A stretch of 64,000 nt of DNA, taken from assembly GCA_013374835.1 (NCBI GenBank), contig CP055307.1, positions 471,315 through 535,314 on the forward strand, read 5' to 3'. A program made the position numbers and the translations under genes. Positions 27,161 through 37,847 of the stretch are shown here, piece by piece (position 1 is the first letter of the stretch; each line of letters starts with the position of its first letter). This DNA is from Candidatus Woesebacteria bacterium. GTDB taxonomy: Bacteria; Patescibacteriota; Microgenomatia; UBA8517. The notes under the pieces were generated by a model. It worked only from the letters and a program-made list of their open reading frames with translations. It had not been told where the DNA came from and did not search any database.

Positions 27161-29412
27161 AATACAGATCAATATACTTAGTCTGTTCGTGATCCTAACA
27201 ACATTTACTTACTTATTTTTTCTATTGGCAAACTATAAACCCATAATTGCCCAGTGTGCCCAAGATTGTCAGGGTCACTTTGATCCTACAGGATCTCAAT
27301 GTCCGGAAGATCTTTTCAAATGTGTGCGAGAGAACATAAGTGGATACTGTGGCATAATAGGGGGTGGATGCAATTGTCTCGTTCCCATAAATTGTGCGCC
27401 AATTTGTGCAATCTCCTCATGCGGCGACATTGATTATGTACAGGTACCAGCTCCAGCTTCTTGTTGTGGAGTTACCCCTTCTCCCCCTCCATCTCCCACT
27501 CCAACCACTGCTCCAGGTGGAAGTGGTGGCTGTGGCTCTTGTAGTAGCTGTGGTCATCCCACTTCAGAATGTGTCCTCTGGGAAGGAAATTGTGTATGGG
27601 ATCCAGCAAGGTGTGCACCCAGTGGAGGTGGTTCAGCCCCTCAGTGGTGTCTTTTGGGAAGAGTTGAAAGTGGAACATTTGACATCTCAACAGCATACTT
27701 CAGAAGAGGGATTCTCCCTGATTGTAGTAGAATAAAAGTTAATAACTGCTACCTTCAAGTTAATCCTCCAGAAGCAGATTTTAAAGTTCTCTGGACAGTT
27801 AATGATACAAATGTAGTAAGGATTAGAAATGCTCCCTGGGGTGGACCAATAATAAATCCTTCAACAAGCGGGCCTTACTATTATATGTATTTCAGACCAG
27901 TATCAGCAGGACAAACAAGAATATATGCAAGAGGCTTGGTAAATGGAGTAGAGCGCTGCCATTCAAGTGCATTAATTACAATAACAGATTCATCTGAAAC
28001 GCCACTGCCAACACCTTCTCCCACACCCAGTCCCACACCACCCCCTTCTCCAAGTTGCAGCATTTCTCTTAACCCAAGCTCACTAACAAGAAATATTGGC
28101 CAGAGTGCTACTTTAAATGCTTCAATAAGCGTTAGAAACGGATCAGTTTCTTTTGTTTCTTTTTCCTCCAGCAACAGCTCAATAGCAAATGTGGTTTCAC
28201 CTGATTTTTCCTTTCCTTTTAATACCGAATTACCGCCATTTCCCCAGGAACTGTAACAATAACAGGAACAGTATATGTTAATGGCAGTCCAACCTGCTCA
28301 GATACAGCATCCTTTACTGTTTCAGCCCCAAGCTGTACTCTTAACCTTCTTCCAGATCCTTTAAATATGGTTATAGGTGAACAAAGGGAAATAGCAGCCA
28401 TAGCAAACGGAACAAACGGCACTGTCTCAGAAGTAAGATTTAGAATTGAAAACCCATCCTTAGCTAGTGCTACATCCCCTGATACATCCCAGCCTTTTAG
28501 ATCAGACATAACAGCCCTTTCAATAGGAAACACAAGAATAATAGGGGAGGGGGTTATGTATGGAGTAGTCCGCTGTCAGGATACATCAACCCTAAACATA
28601 CAAGCCCCAGACCCATGGATACAAGCAAAAGAAGGAGATGTAATATCAGGCACAGGGGATCTTGACTCACCCATACCGCCAACATGTACACCCCCAGCTT
28701 GCAACCCAGTGTTCATTCTAACTGGTTCTGGGGGTACACCAGGTGTTGGTATCTATGGAGGAAGAAGAGCAGACTTCTCAGCACAGGCAGATTCAAGGGG
28801 GATTGTCTCAGAAACCCTCTGGCTTGCAAATTCAATTTCAAATATAAAAACAGACTATTCCTACCGTCTTTTCCAAACATTGATTCCAACCCGCATTTTA
28901 GTAACCTCCATAAGCAGTTCAGCCATCTCAAACCTCTCTGGAGCAAGATCAGACGCTGAAGGATACGAATGGTACAGAAGAAATGGAAACTTAACAATAA
29001 ACGGAAACATAACAATATCAGGTGGAAGAAAGGTAGTCCTTATGGTAGAGGGGAATCTAACAATAGCAGGAAGGATAACTCTGGCAAATCCTTCCCAAGA
29101 CTTTTTTATGGCAATAGTAGGTGGAAATACCACAGTAATCCCATCAGTAACAAGCCCAGCAAATGAATATGCTCTTGAGGGGGTTTTCTACACCCAGGGT
29201 GAATTTGAAACAGCCTCTTCCTACCCAAATCCTGATTCACCTCTTAAAATACACGGATCTGTATACGCCCAGAGTGTTTCACTTAAAGGGATCTTAGAGA
29301 GGGAAATGTAAATACCCCTGCAGAATCCTTCACATATTCACCTGAAATACTCTGGAATTACCCCAGAACCTTAAACAAAAAGAAAATTAGATGGAAAGAA
29401 GTGGCGCCATAG
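27153..29412 (+). pseudogene. Large Cys-rich/Ig-like surface protein split by two 1-nt frameshifts (~28229, ~29288)
   Basis: Repairing the frames gives FNT-ITAISPG (matches the second repeat DITALSIG) and a C-terminus ...PAESFTYSPE...WKEVAP*. Confidence 0.8.
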
Positions 29413-29430
29413 TGTAATATTTAAGTAAAC

Positions 29431-29943
29431 ATGGATTTTCATTTTTGGTATGACGAATCCGGTAAAAGCAGAAGCCTTCAAAGATTTGTACCTTTAGATT
29501 TTATTAAAAAGTTTTTACCTGTTTTTGTTTTGTTCTTTTTTCTTCCTTTTTTGGTGATGCTTGTTATGAGGCCGTCGGAGTTTAGATTTATCGGTAGAGC
29601 AGACCAGAATGATGAATTAAGGGTGTGGCTTGAACCTTCTACTGTTGTAATGGAAAGTGGTGATAGTACTACTTTGAAGGTGGTTGCTTCGTTTGAGCAT
29701 GAGTCTCGAGTAATTCCTGCTTTAACATACAAAGTAGTGCCTGTTGGATTTTTGAAGTCCGACAAAATGGATTTTAGATATCAAAAGCCGTTTAGAGGGC
29801 AGGTGACTCTTAGCGAGGTGGTGATTACGGGATTGCAGACCGGAGATTATGAAGTAAGTATGCCTAAAGAGAGTATTGAGGTGGAAAATTATAATTACCC
29901 TTTGGAAATAGTTACTTCTTCTTCCAGAATTATAGTAAAGTAA
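29431..29943 (+). CDS. Membrane-anchored beta-rich hypothetical protein
   Basis: TM followed by GRA; beta-strand pattern. Confidence 0.7.
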   Translation: MDFHFWYDESGKSRSLQRFVPLDFIKKFLPVFVLFFFLPFLVMLVMRPSEFRFIGRADQNDELRVWLEPSTVVMESGDSTTLKVVASFEHESRVIPALTYKVVPVGFLKSDKMDFRYQKPFRGQVTLSEVVITGLQTGDYEVSMPKESIEVENYNYPLEIVTSSSRIIVK

Positions 29944-29947
29944 ATAT

Positions 29948-30379
29948 ATGAAGGGTTTTACACTTGTTGAGATGCTAATAGTAGTTGCTATTATTGGAAT
30001 TTTTATGATTCCACTTCTTATTACATACAGATCTTCACAAAACAACCAGAAGTTGAGGGTAGTTGCCGAGGAATTTGCAGACCAGGTTAGAACTGTTCAT
30101 ATTTATGCAAGAGACGCTAAAGATAAAAAATCATGGGGAATTAAGCTTTCAGACAATGGTTATTCTTTGCTTTCGGGCAGGGCCGATTCTTACAAAGTAG
30201 ATAAATCTTTTAGTCTTGGCAAAAATATTGAATTTGAAAAAGATCAACTTGTGTGGTTTGAGATCGGTACGGGACAGACAGACCGAGATTATGAGGTGGT
30301 TATTGTCGATACGCGCGGAAAGAAAATTGCGGTAAAGATAAGTAAAAACGGTATTGTTGAAGTGGGGGATTTGGAATGA
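29948..30379 (+). CDS. Prepilin-type minor pilin (FimT/GspH-like)
   Basis: MKG|FTLVEMLIV. Confidence 0.9.
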   Translation: MKGFTLVEMLIVVAIIGIFMIPLLITYRSSQNNQKLRVVAEEFADQVRTVHIYARDAKDKKSWGIKLSDNGYSLLSGRADSYKVDKSFSLGKNIEFEKDQLVWFEIGTGQTDRDYEVVIVDTRGKKIAVKISKNGIVEVGDLE

Positions 30380-30858
30380 GGAAGAGTGGATATCTGATTA
30401 TTGAGATACTTATTTCTATAGTAATTTTTATGACGGTTGTAGTAGCGATATTTTCAAATATCGCTACTGTTATGGTTAGGACGAAAAGATCTGGTCTTAC
30501 ATTTGAGGCGGGTCTTTTGCTTCAAGAGGAGATTGAAGCAACTTATAACATTTTTCTTCGGGATTGGACTGTTTATCCTGATGGAGAATATTATCCTGCG
30601 ATTAATACCTCGCTTGGCGAGTGGACTTTGCTTGATGGAATAGAGAACAATGTGAGAACAAGGTACAGCAGAAAAGTTGAGATTGAGACTGTTTGCAGAA
30701 GACCACAGTCACATCCTGATTCCGGAAAGATAGTTGATTGTATTGCCGGTGAGGTGGATTTAAACAGCAAGCTTATCCGCGGTGTGGTTGAGTGGGTTGA
30801 AAAAGGAGAAAATAAAAAGGTTGAGACAGAGATTTTGCTTGTAAGGACAAATATATGA
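30376..30858 (+). CDS. Prepilin-type minor pilin (PilV-like)
   Basis: KSG|YLIIEILIS. Confidence 0.85.
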   Translation: MRKSGYLIIEILISIVIFMTVVVAIFSNIATVMVRTKRSGLTFEAGLLLQEEIEATYNIFLRDWTVYPDGEYYPAINTSLGEWTLLDGIENNVRTRYSRKVEIETVCRRPQSHPDSGKIVDCIAGEVDLNSKLIRGVVEWVEKGENKKVETEILLVRTNI

Positions 30859-31307
30859 ATGAAAAAGGTTTAACAATAGTTGAAATGATTATCGGTATGA
30901 CGATTTCTGTAATTATTCTTATGATTTCGACAAGTATGATGGTAAATATTTTTTACAAAGACACTAAAAGCAAGCAATCCGAGATACTTTCTCAGGTTAA
31001 AAATGACTTGCAGTCCGAGATAACTGTGGGCGTTAGATGGGCGGAGACTTTGTCTTTTTCGGATAATGAGCTTGTCGTTGACAACAGTATTTATAGACTT
31101 AACGATGGGGTGATTGAAAAAAACGGGGAGGCGATTACACCGTCATCTGTTTATATTGAGGAGTTTGAAATTGATGATTTTTCCACTACGCTGCAACAAA
31201 AAAGCCTGAGAGTTAATATAGCTATGAGACACAGGGATTTTTCTTCCGTATCGGATAGTTTGGAAGTAGTTGTTTCGCAAAGAAAGATGGAAATAGAAGA
31301 GCAATGA
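30855..31307 (+). CDS. Prepilin-type minor pilin (PilW-like)
   Basis: EKG|LTIVEMII. Confidence 0.85.
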   Translation: MNEKGLTIVEMIIGMTISVIILMISTSMMVNIFYKDTKSKQSEILSQVKNDLQSEITVGVRWAETLSFSDNELVVDNSIYRLNDGVIEKNGEAITPSSVYIEEFEIDDFSTTLQQKSLRVNIAMRHRDFSSVSDSLEVVVSQRKMEIEEQ

Positions 31308-32476
31308 TAAATAAAGGAGCGGTTACTCTTATATACATGGCTTTGGTTACTTTGATATCGGTGTTAATCCTTACCGTGGGTTATTCGAGGTTTATGCTTT
31401 CTTTGAGAAGAAGCGAAGCTTTTGCCGATACTATAGAGACATCTTATAGGGCAGAGAGCGAGATTAATAATCTTTTAGCCCAGCTGGTTGGTGGGTATTT
31501 AACTGAGGCGAATTTTCCAATAAGCGAATCAATGGCTTTTGGAGATACTAGGGTTGAGATCGAAGCAAGGATTGAAGATAACTCTCAAATAATCGATGTG
31601 ACTGCCTCCAGATTTTTCGCAGTAAATAAGATTAGGGCCGTAAGGGTGGCGTATGGTTCGGGTTTTTTTAATGATGCAGAGATCATTATTGCTCTTGATT
31701 GTACCGGAAGTATGGGTAATTCTTCAGGTTCTTCTGAAGGAACATCTCGGTTGCAGGAGCAGACAAAGGCGGTTCTTGGCTTTATTGATAACTTAGCTGT
31801 TAGTGATTATGCTGGAAATGTGAGAATGGGAGTTGCTGTTTTCGGCCGAAACTCGAATTGGCTTAGGAGTGTCTCTGGACAACAAGTTAGGCCTGACGCG
31901 GGCATGACTGTCGCTGAGGTGAGGCAGGCTGTATACAGTGGTTTTACTTATCCTTCGGGAAGTGGAAATCTGGCAAGAAGCAGGAGCCAAAGCATTTGTG
32001 ACGAACTGGTGGAGGACTATACAAATATTGGCGCTGGATTTAATATTATGAATAATTATTTTGAAAATAATCCTCCTCCAAGTGGTAATGCTAAACGGGT
32101 AGAGATATTAATAAGCGACGGCGAGCCTAATACTTATATTAGGGAGAGTGTCTGCCTTAACAGGCCAACATGTGTTCCTTGTTCAGGAAACTCTTTTCCC
32201 TTGGATTATTTAAAGTGTACGTTAGCAGATCAGAATACAGAGTGGACTGGCGGGAGGACGGGCATGAGAAATCCCTTGGTTGATTCTTATGTAGTGACTG
32301 TGTTGCATAACCCTCCGGCCGCTGTTGTTTCTGCGATACAAACTTATTCGACAGAATATTACAATGCAATATATGCTTATCAGTTAAGTGAAATACTGGA
32401 TAGAATTTTTGAAAGTATATCAACAAGTTTTGCCCGGACAACAATATCTAGGATAATACCCATTTCTGAGGAGTAG
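31304..32476 (+). CDS. PilX-like pilin with vWA domain
   Basis: NKG|AVTL, YRAES, MIDAS-like LDCTGSM, TNI..G, ISDGEPN. Confidence 0.85.
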   Translation: MINKGAVTLIYMALVTLISVLILTVGYSRFMLSLRRSEAFADTIETSYRAESEINNLLAQLVGGYLTEANFPISESMAFGDTRVEIEARIEDNSQIIDVTASRFFAVNKIRAVRVAYGSGFFNDAEIIIALDCTGSMGNSSGSSEGTSRLQEQTKAVLGFIDNLAVSDYAGNVRMGVAVFGRNSNWLRSVSGQQVRPDAGMTVAEVRQAVYSGFTYPSGSGNLARSRSQSICDELVEDYTNIGAGFNIMNNYFENNPPPSGNAKRVEILISDGEPNTYIRESVCLNRPTCVPCSGNSFPLDYLKCTLADQNTEWTGGRTGMRNPLVDSYVVTVLHNPPAAVVSAIQTYSTEYYNAIYAYQLSEILDRIFESISTSFARTTISRIIPISEE

Positions 32477-32509
32477 ACAAAGAAGTGAAAACTTATTATA
32501 TTTAAACCT

Positions 32510-32893
32510 ATGCTACAGCGAGACTCGGGTGCTAAAACCATCTTGATAGTTGAGGATGATCCCTTGTTGATTAAGATGTATAAAACAAAGTTTGTATCAG
32601 AGGGTTATAACGTGTTTACCGCTTTTGATGGGGAGATGGGCCTATCTTTGGCGCTTGAAAAAAGACCTGATTTGATAATACTTGATGTGATGATGCCAAA
32701 GCTTTCGGGGATTGATATGCTTAAAAAGCTTAAGAGCGATGCATACGGAATAAATGTTCCGGTAATTATTCTTTCAAATCTTTCTCAGGAAGAGGAGGCA
32801 AAAAAGGCGTTTGAGTATGGAGCTAAAGAATATCTTGTAAAGGCTAATTTTACACCCGGACAGGTATTTGAAAAAGTTAAACAATATATATGA
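32510..32893 (+). CDS. Stand-alone response regulator receiver
   Basis: ILIVEDD, LDVMMP, YLVK. Confidence 0.95.
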   Translation: MLQRDSGAKTILIVEDDPLLIKMYKTKFVSEGYNVFTAFDGEMGLSLALEKRPDLIILDVMMPKLSGIDMLKKLKSDAYGINVPVIILSNLSQEEEAKKAFEYGAKEYLVKANFTPGQVFEKVKQYI

Positions 32894-33825
32894 AACCTGC
32901 CTTGTTGTTAAATAGTTTAAGCCATTTTTTGATACCACAGAGCTCGAATAATAATAAAGCTCGGGCACTTCATTTACCTTATTTAACTATTTTTTTGTTG
33001 GTTATTCTTTGGATACAGAGTTTTATTAGTTTTAGCTCTACTTCTAAGATTGGGATATTGGGATATGCATCTCAAATATCGCCTGATGAGGTGGTTAGGC
33101 TTGCAAACGAGAAGAGGGTTAGCGAGGGGCTTAGTCCCCTAAGACAAGATTCTTTACTTTCTCAAGCTGCTTTGGCTAAGGGGACGGATATGCTTAATCG
33201 TGATTATTGGTCGCATGTGGCGCCGGATGGGACCGAGCCTTGGGTCTTTTTTGCCAAAGTGGGGTATGAATATAAATATGCCGGAGAAAATCTGGCGCGT
33301 GATTTTTCGAATCCAAAGGATGCGGTTGATGCATGGATTGCCTCTCCGACACACCGGGCAAATATACTCTCGCCTAAATATAACGATATTGGCGTAGCTG
33401 TTGTTGAGGGTGAACTTGACGGAGTTAACACTACTATTATTGTTCAACTTTTTGGTACAAAGATGGGAGATGTCGCTCCGGTTGTACCTGTTGCCGCTGC
33501 AAGTAGCGATGAGCTTGTGAGTTCGGCTTTAGCTCAAGAGTCGGGTGATGAATTGGTAATGGCTAATCTTCCTGAGGACGTTTCTTATGTAGCTTCTTTT
33601 AGCGAAGATATTAGCAAGAATGGTTTTAAAATAAATCCACATAGTCTTACAAAATACGTATCGCTGATTGTAGTTTCAATAGTTTTTGTTGCGTTGGTTG
33701 TCGATGCGGCGGCGGTTTCTATGAAAGGCATACAAAGGGTGTCCGGAAGGCCTTTTGCACACATTTCTTTTATTGGTATGGTGATTGCTATTATAATTAT
33801 TGCTAAGGCGGGTGAAATTTTCTAG
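32890..33825 (+). CDS. CAP/SCP-domain membrane protein
   Basis: YWSH, AGENLA, SPTHRANIL. Confidence 0.9.
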   Translation: MKPALLLNSLSHFLIPQSSNNNKARALHLPYLTIFLLVILWIQSFISFSSTSKIGILGYASQISPDEVVRLANEKRVSEGLSPLRQDSLLSQAALAKGTDMLNRDYWSHVAPDGTEPWVFFAKVGYEYKYAGENLARDFSNPKDAVDAWIASPTHRANILSPKYNDIGVAVVEGELDGVNTTIIVQLFGTKMGDVAPVVPVAAASSDELVSSALAQESGDELVMANLPEDVSYVASFSEDISKNGFKINPHSLTKYVSLIVVSIVFVALVVDAAAVSMKGIQRVSGRPFAHISFIGMVIAIIIIAKAGEIF

Positions 33826-33828
33826 ACA

Positions 33829-34101
33829 ATGAGTACCAGATCCAAAAAATTCGCAAGACATCTTCCTCATTATTTGCCGCTATTGGGTATTTTTACTGCA
33901 GGGGCATTAGCTTTTTTTGTTTTTTCTTATGATAAACAGTTTCAGGCGGGGGTCGTTTTGTCTGTTGCTATATCACATTTTGTTTGGGGAGTTGTACACC
34001 ATCACATTCATGGAGATTTGTCCATGGAAGTAGTTCTTGAATATTTGGCCATTTCGCTTCTTGGGCTTTCAGTAATCCTTTCGTTAATTTTTAGATCATG
34101 A
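33829..34101 (+). CDS. Small 3-TM membrane protein
   Basis: Hydrophobic; WGVVHHHIHGDL...EY motif. Confidence 0.75.
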   Translation: MSTRSKKFARHLPHYLPLLGIFTAGALAFFVFSYDKQFQAGVVLSVAISHFVWGVVHHHIHGDLSMEVVLEYLAISLLGLSVILSLIFRS

Positions 34102-34123
34102 CGGTGGTATAATCAGTTTGTTT

Positions 34124-34615
34124 ATGAAAAAAAAGCGGTATATGAGTCCATCTGAGGGTGTGGTTACTACCAAAGGTATGATTGATAGTATATCCAGATT
34201 TATTAAAGAGGAGCCATCGAGTTTTTATAGACTTGTGATTGGAACAGATTCGCAAACAAGAAAGATTAACGGGCATAGCGAGTGTGACTATGTAACCGCA
34301 ATTGTGATACATAGGCTTGGGAGGGGGGCTAAATATTTTTGGAGGAAGGAGAAGGATAAACCTTCAGTCTTACGGCAAAAAATTTATTTTGAGACCATGA
34401 GATCGCTTGATACTGCACATGAAATAGTTCCTCAAATTCGTGAGATGGTTTCTCCTTCCACTTATGATCTTGAGATACATATTGACGTTGGATCTCTTGG
34501 GCCAACGCGAGAAATGATACGCGAAGTGGTGGGGATAGTCACCGGTAATGGCTTTGTTGCAAAAACTAAGCCCGAAAGTTGGGCGGCAAGCAGTGTTGCA
34601 GATAAACATACATGA
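34124..34615 (+). CDS. RNase H-like YkuK (DUF458) family protein
   Basis: IGTDSQ, EIHIDVG, KPES.AAS.VAD. Confidence 0.9.
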   Translation: MKKKRYMSPSEGVVTTKGMIDSISRFIKEEPSSFYRLVIGTDSQTRKINGHSECDYVTAIVIHRLGRGAKYFWRKEKDKPSVLRQKIYFETMRSLDTAHEIVPQIREMVSPSTYDLEIHIDVGSLGPTREMIREVVGIVTGNGFVAKTKPESWAASSVADKHT

Positions 34616-35331
34616 AAGGAGTAGTGCTGGCTGGAGGTAAGGGAACAAGGCTGTATCCGCTTACCTATGCGACAAATAAACACCTGCTTCCTGTTTATAA
34701 TATGCCTATGGTGTTTTATTCTATTAATACCTTGGTTAAGGCAGGGATAAAAGAAATTCTTATTGTAACGGGCGGTCCCCATGCAGGGCATTTTATTAGG
34801 GTTTTGAAAAATGGAAATGAGTTAGGAATAGATAATTTATCTTATGCTTATCAGGAGAATGAAGATGGGATTTGTGGAGCGTTGAAGCTTGCTGAAGACT
34901 TTTCAGGTGGTAAGAGCTTGTGTGTCATTTTGGGAGATAACTGTACTGATGCTGATATTGGTAGAGAAGTGGCCAAGTTTAGAGCTGGTGCAAAGATATT
35001 TTTGAAGGAAGTTCCTGACCCGAAGCGATTTGGAGTGCCAAGGTTTGATAAAAAGGGACATATTGTTGAGATAGTTGAAAAACCTAAAAAGCCGGCAAGT
35101 AAATATGCTGTGACGGGGCTTTATTTTTATGATAATACGGTTTTTGATAAAATAAGAAAGCTAAAGCCTTCAAAAAGAGGAGAACTTGAAGTGACAGATT
35201 TGAATAACTTGTATATTAAGGAAGGGCGTCTTGATTGGGCAGAACTTTCTGGTTTTTGGAGAGATGCTGGTACTTTTGATACTTTATTTGAGGTCAATAA
35301 ATATTGGGCGGAGAAGGGTGGTTTGTCATGA
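34612..35331 (+). CDS. rmlA: Glucose-1-phosphate thymidylyltransferase
   Basis: LAGGKGTRLYPLT, LGDN, EKP, RGELEVTD. Confidence 0.9.
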   Translation: MKGVVLAGGKGTRLYPLTYATNKHLLPVYNMPMVFYSINTLVKAGIKEILIVTGGPHAGHFIRVLKNGNELGIDNLSYAYQENEDGICGALKLAEDFSGGKSLCVILGDNCTDADIGREVAKFRAGAKIFLKEVPDPKRFGVPRFDKKGHIVEIVEKPKKPASKYAVTGLYFYDNTVFDKIRKLKPSKRGELEVTDLNNLYIKEGRLDWAELSGFWRDAGTFDTLFEVNKYWAEKGGLS

Positions 35332-36335
35332 AATTGTTGGTGACAGGCGGCGCTGGTTTTATAGGGTGTAACTTTATACGTTATTGGCTTAAGAATTATC
35401 CAAAAGATAAGATAGTTAATCTTGATAAGTTAACTTACGCAGGTCATTTATCATCGACTTTGGATTTTAAAGATAATAAAAATTATAGGTTTATAAAAGC
35501 TTCAATAACAAACACGAGGTTGGTTGATAGAATAATGCGAGATGTGGATATTGTTATTCATTTTGCAGCCGAGAGCCACGTAGATAGATCAATTATAGGA
35601 CCCACTCTTTTTATTAAAACAAATATTTTAGGGACACAGGTCCTTTTGGACGCTGCTTTGAAAAATAAAATTAAAAGGTTTCATTATATTGGTACTGATG
35701 AGGTTTTTGGTTCTTTGCAGCTTGGTTCTGATAAAAAATTTGATGAAGAGACCAATTATGATCCAAGAAGCCCTTATTCTGCATCAAAGGCTGCGGCTGA
35801 TCATCTTGTAAGAGCTTATTTCCATACTTATGGGTTGCCTATAACAATAACCAACTGTTCAAATAATTACGGGCCATTTCAGGATCCTGAGAAATTTATA
35901 CCCAGGATGATTACAAATCTAATTGATGGAATGGACTTGCCTATTTATGGTGATGGATTGAGTGTTCGCGATTGGCTTTATGTTGAGGATCATGTGCGTG
36001 CAATTGAAAGTGTAATTATGGGTGGAAGATTGGGTGAAACTTATTTAATTGGAGGGATGACGCGGGATATTAGCAATCTTGATGTGGCAAGAAAACTTGC
36101 CAGTATTTTTGGAAAGAAAAATAGCGTGATTAAGTTTGTTAAGGATAGGGCTGGGCACGACAGAAGGTATGCTGTCGACTGGAGTAAGATCAAAAATGAG
36201 CTTGGTTTCCGACCAAGATACGACTTTGATGTATGGCTTGAAAAAACAGTCGATTGGTATAGGGAAAATGAGTGGTGGTGGAGAAGCCTTAAGTCGCGAG
36301 CTGAAAATCTCTATCGAAAAACCAATCAATATTAG
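35328..36335 (+). CDS. rmlB: dTDP-glucose 4,6-dehydratase
   Basis: TGGAGFIG, AAESHVDRS, YSASK, NNYGP. Confidence 0.95.
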   Translation: MKLLVTGGAGFIGCNFIRYWLKNYPKDKIVNLDKLTYAGHLSSTLDFKDNKNYRFIKASITNTRLVDRIMRDVDIVIHFAAESHVDRSIIGPTLFIKTNILGTQVLLDAALKNKIKRFHYIGTDEVFGSLQLGSDKKFDEETNYDPRSPYSASKAAADHLVRAYFHTYGLPITITNCSNNYGPFQDPEKFIPRMITNLIDGMDLPIYGDGLSVRDWLYVEDHVRAIESVIMGGRLGETYLIGGMTRDISNLDVARKLASIFGKKNSVIKFVKDRAGHDRRYAVDWSKIKNELGFRPRYDFDVWLEKTVDWYRENEWWWRSLKSRAENLYRKTNQY

Positions 36336-36337
36336 AT

Positions 36338-36964
36338 ATGAGTGATTATAGTGAAGTTGTTGTGGTTAACGAAATGGAAGTTGGTTGGGAGCCGTTTATA
36401 GTTGAACAATCTATAAAAGGGCTTTTTCTTATCAGAAGACCGTTTTATAAGGATAACCGTGGAAGTTTTCAGGAGATAGTAAGAATTCCTGATTTGGAAA
36501 AAAAGGTTGGTCGCGAGATAAATTTTCAGCAAAGTCAACTTTCTATTTCAAGGCCGGGGGTAATTAGGGGAATACATGTTGAGCCTCAAGACAAATTGGT
36601 AACACCGTTAACAGGGCATATGTATTCGGTGGTGGTTGATGTTCGCCCCAATTCTTCTACGTTTAAAAAATGGATGATGTTTAGATTTGATAATACTTCT
36701 TCTGAAATTTCCAAAACAAGCCTATTTATTTCGAAGGGGTTAGGCAATTCCATATGTGTGCCATATGAATCTCCTCAAGAGGTGCTTTATTATTATTCGG
36801 TTACCGAGGTTTATAATCCTGCGACTGCTGGTCGTGGAATACGTTATGATGATACTGAGCTTAATATTCCTTGGCCTATAAAAAATCCAATAATTTCCAA
36901 AGATAGAGATACTTCTTTGCCTTCTTTCTCTGAATTTATTGAAAGATATGGTGAAGATATCTGA
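36338..36964 (+). CDS. rmlC: dTDP-4-dehydrorhamnose 3,5-epimerase
   Basis: DNRG.F.E, RGIH, VD.R..S.TF. Confidence 0.9.
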   Translation: MSDYSEVVVVNEMEVGWEPFIVEQSIKGLFLIRRPFYKDNRGSFQEIVRIPDLEKKVGREINFQQSQLSISRPGVIRGIHVEPQDKLVTPLTGHMYSVVVDVRPNSSTFKKWMMFRFDNTSSEISKTSLFISKGLGNSICVPYESPQEVLYYYSVTEVYNPATAGRGIRYDDTELNIPWPIKNPIISKDRDTSLPSFSEFIERYGEDI

Positions 36965-37847
36965 CGATACTGTTTTGGTGACTGGTGCTTCGGGGATGGT
37001 TGGGAGCAGATTTGTTGAGCTTTACGGGGGAGATAATTTTTTGATGCCTTCAAGCCGTGAGTTTGACATAACTGATAAAGAAAAGGTCAGAAGATTTTTA
37101 AAAGACAAAAAACCTACTGCTATAGTGAATTTTGCGGCTTATACAAATGTAGGAAATGCCGAGGAGCAAAGAAACGATAGAACAAGCGGTTGTTATCGGA
37201 TTAATGTGCTGGGAGTTGAAAACATTATAGATTCTATCGATCCAGAAATGATGCATTTTGTACAAATCTCTACAGACATGGTTTTTTCCGGAAGAATGGA
37301 AAAACCAGGTCCTTATAACGAGAGTGATCTAGCTGAGAAAGAATCTGTTAAACTCACGTGGTATGGATTTACTAAAGCAGAGGCAGAAAGAATTGTTTTG
37401 TCCAATCTAGGTAAAAGAGCCTCAATTGTTAGAATTATTTATCCAGTAAGAGCTAAATATAAAAACAAACTTGATTATCTTAGAGGACCTTTGAAAAAAT
37501 ATCGGGAGGGAAGGTTGTATCCTTTGTTTAGCGATCAACAAATCTCTATAACTTTTATAGATGAGTTATCTAATGCGTTAGCAAATATTGTTGCTAATAG
37601 ACGAGGCGGGGTGTTTCATGTCTGTTCTTCTGACACTACGACACCTTATGAACTAATAAGTAAGTTTATCTCTCGGGTTGAAGGAAGAAAAATAGAGCTT
37701 GATTACTCCCCCATGGGGGAGTTGGAAGGCAGATACCCCCGCTATGGTGGTCTTGAGTCCAAAAAAACCCAAGAGGTTTTGGGCATAAGATTTAGGAGCA
37801 CAGACGAAATAATAGAGGAGCTTATTTTGCAAGGTGTTTCGGTTTAG
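36948..37847 (+). CDS. rmlD: dTDP-4-dehydrorhamnose reductase
   Basis: TGASGMVG, AAYTNV, ISTD.VF, YG.TK. Confidence 0.85.
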   Translation: MVKISDDTVLVTGASGMVGSRFVELYGGDNFLMPSSREFDITDKEKVRRFLKDKKPTAIVNFAAYTNVGNAEEQRNDRTSGCYRINVLGVENIIDSIDPEMMHFVQISTDMVFSGRMEKPGPYNESDLAEKESVKLTWYGFTKAEAERIVLSNLGKRASIVRIIYPVRAKYKNKLDYLRGPLKKYREGRLYPLFSDQQISITFIDELSNALANIVANRRGGVFHVCSSDTTTPYELISKFISRVEGRKIELDYSPMGELEGRYPRYGGLESKKTQEVLGIRFRSTDEIIEELILQGVSV

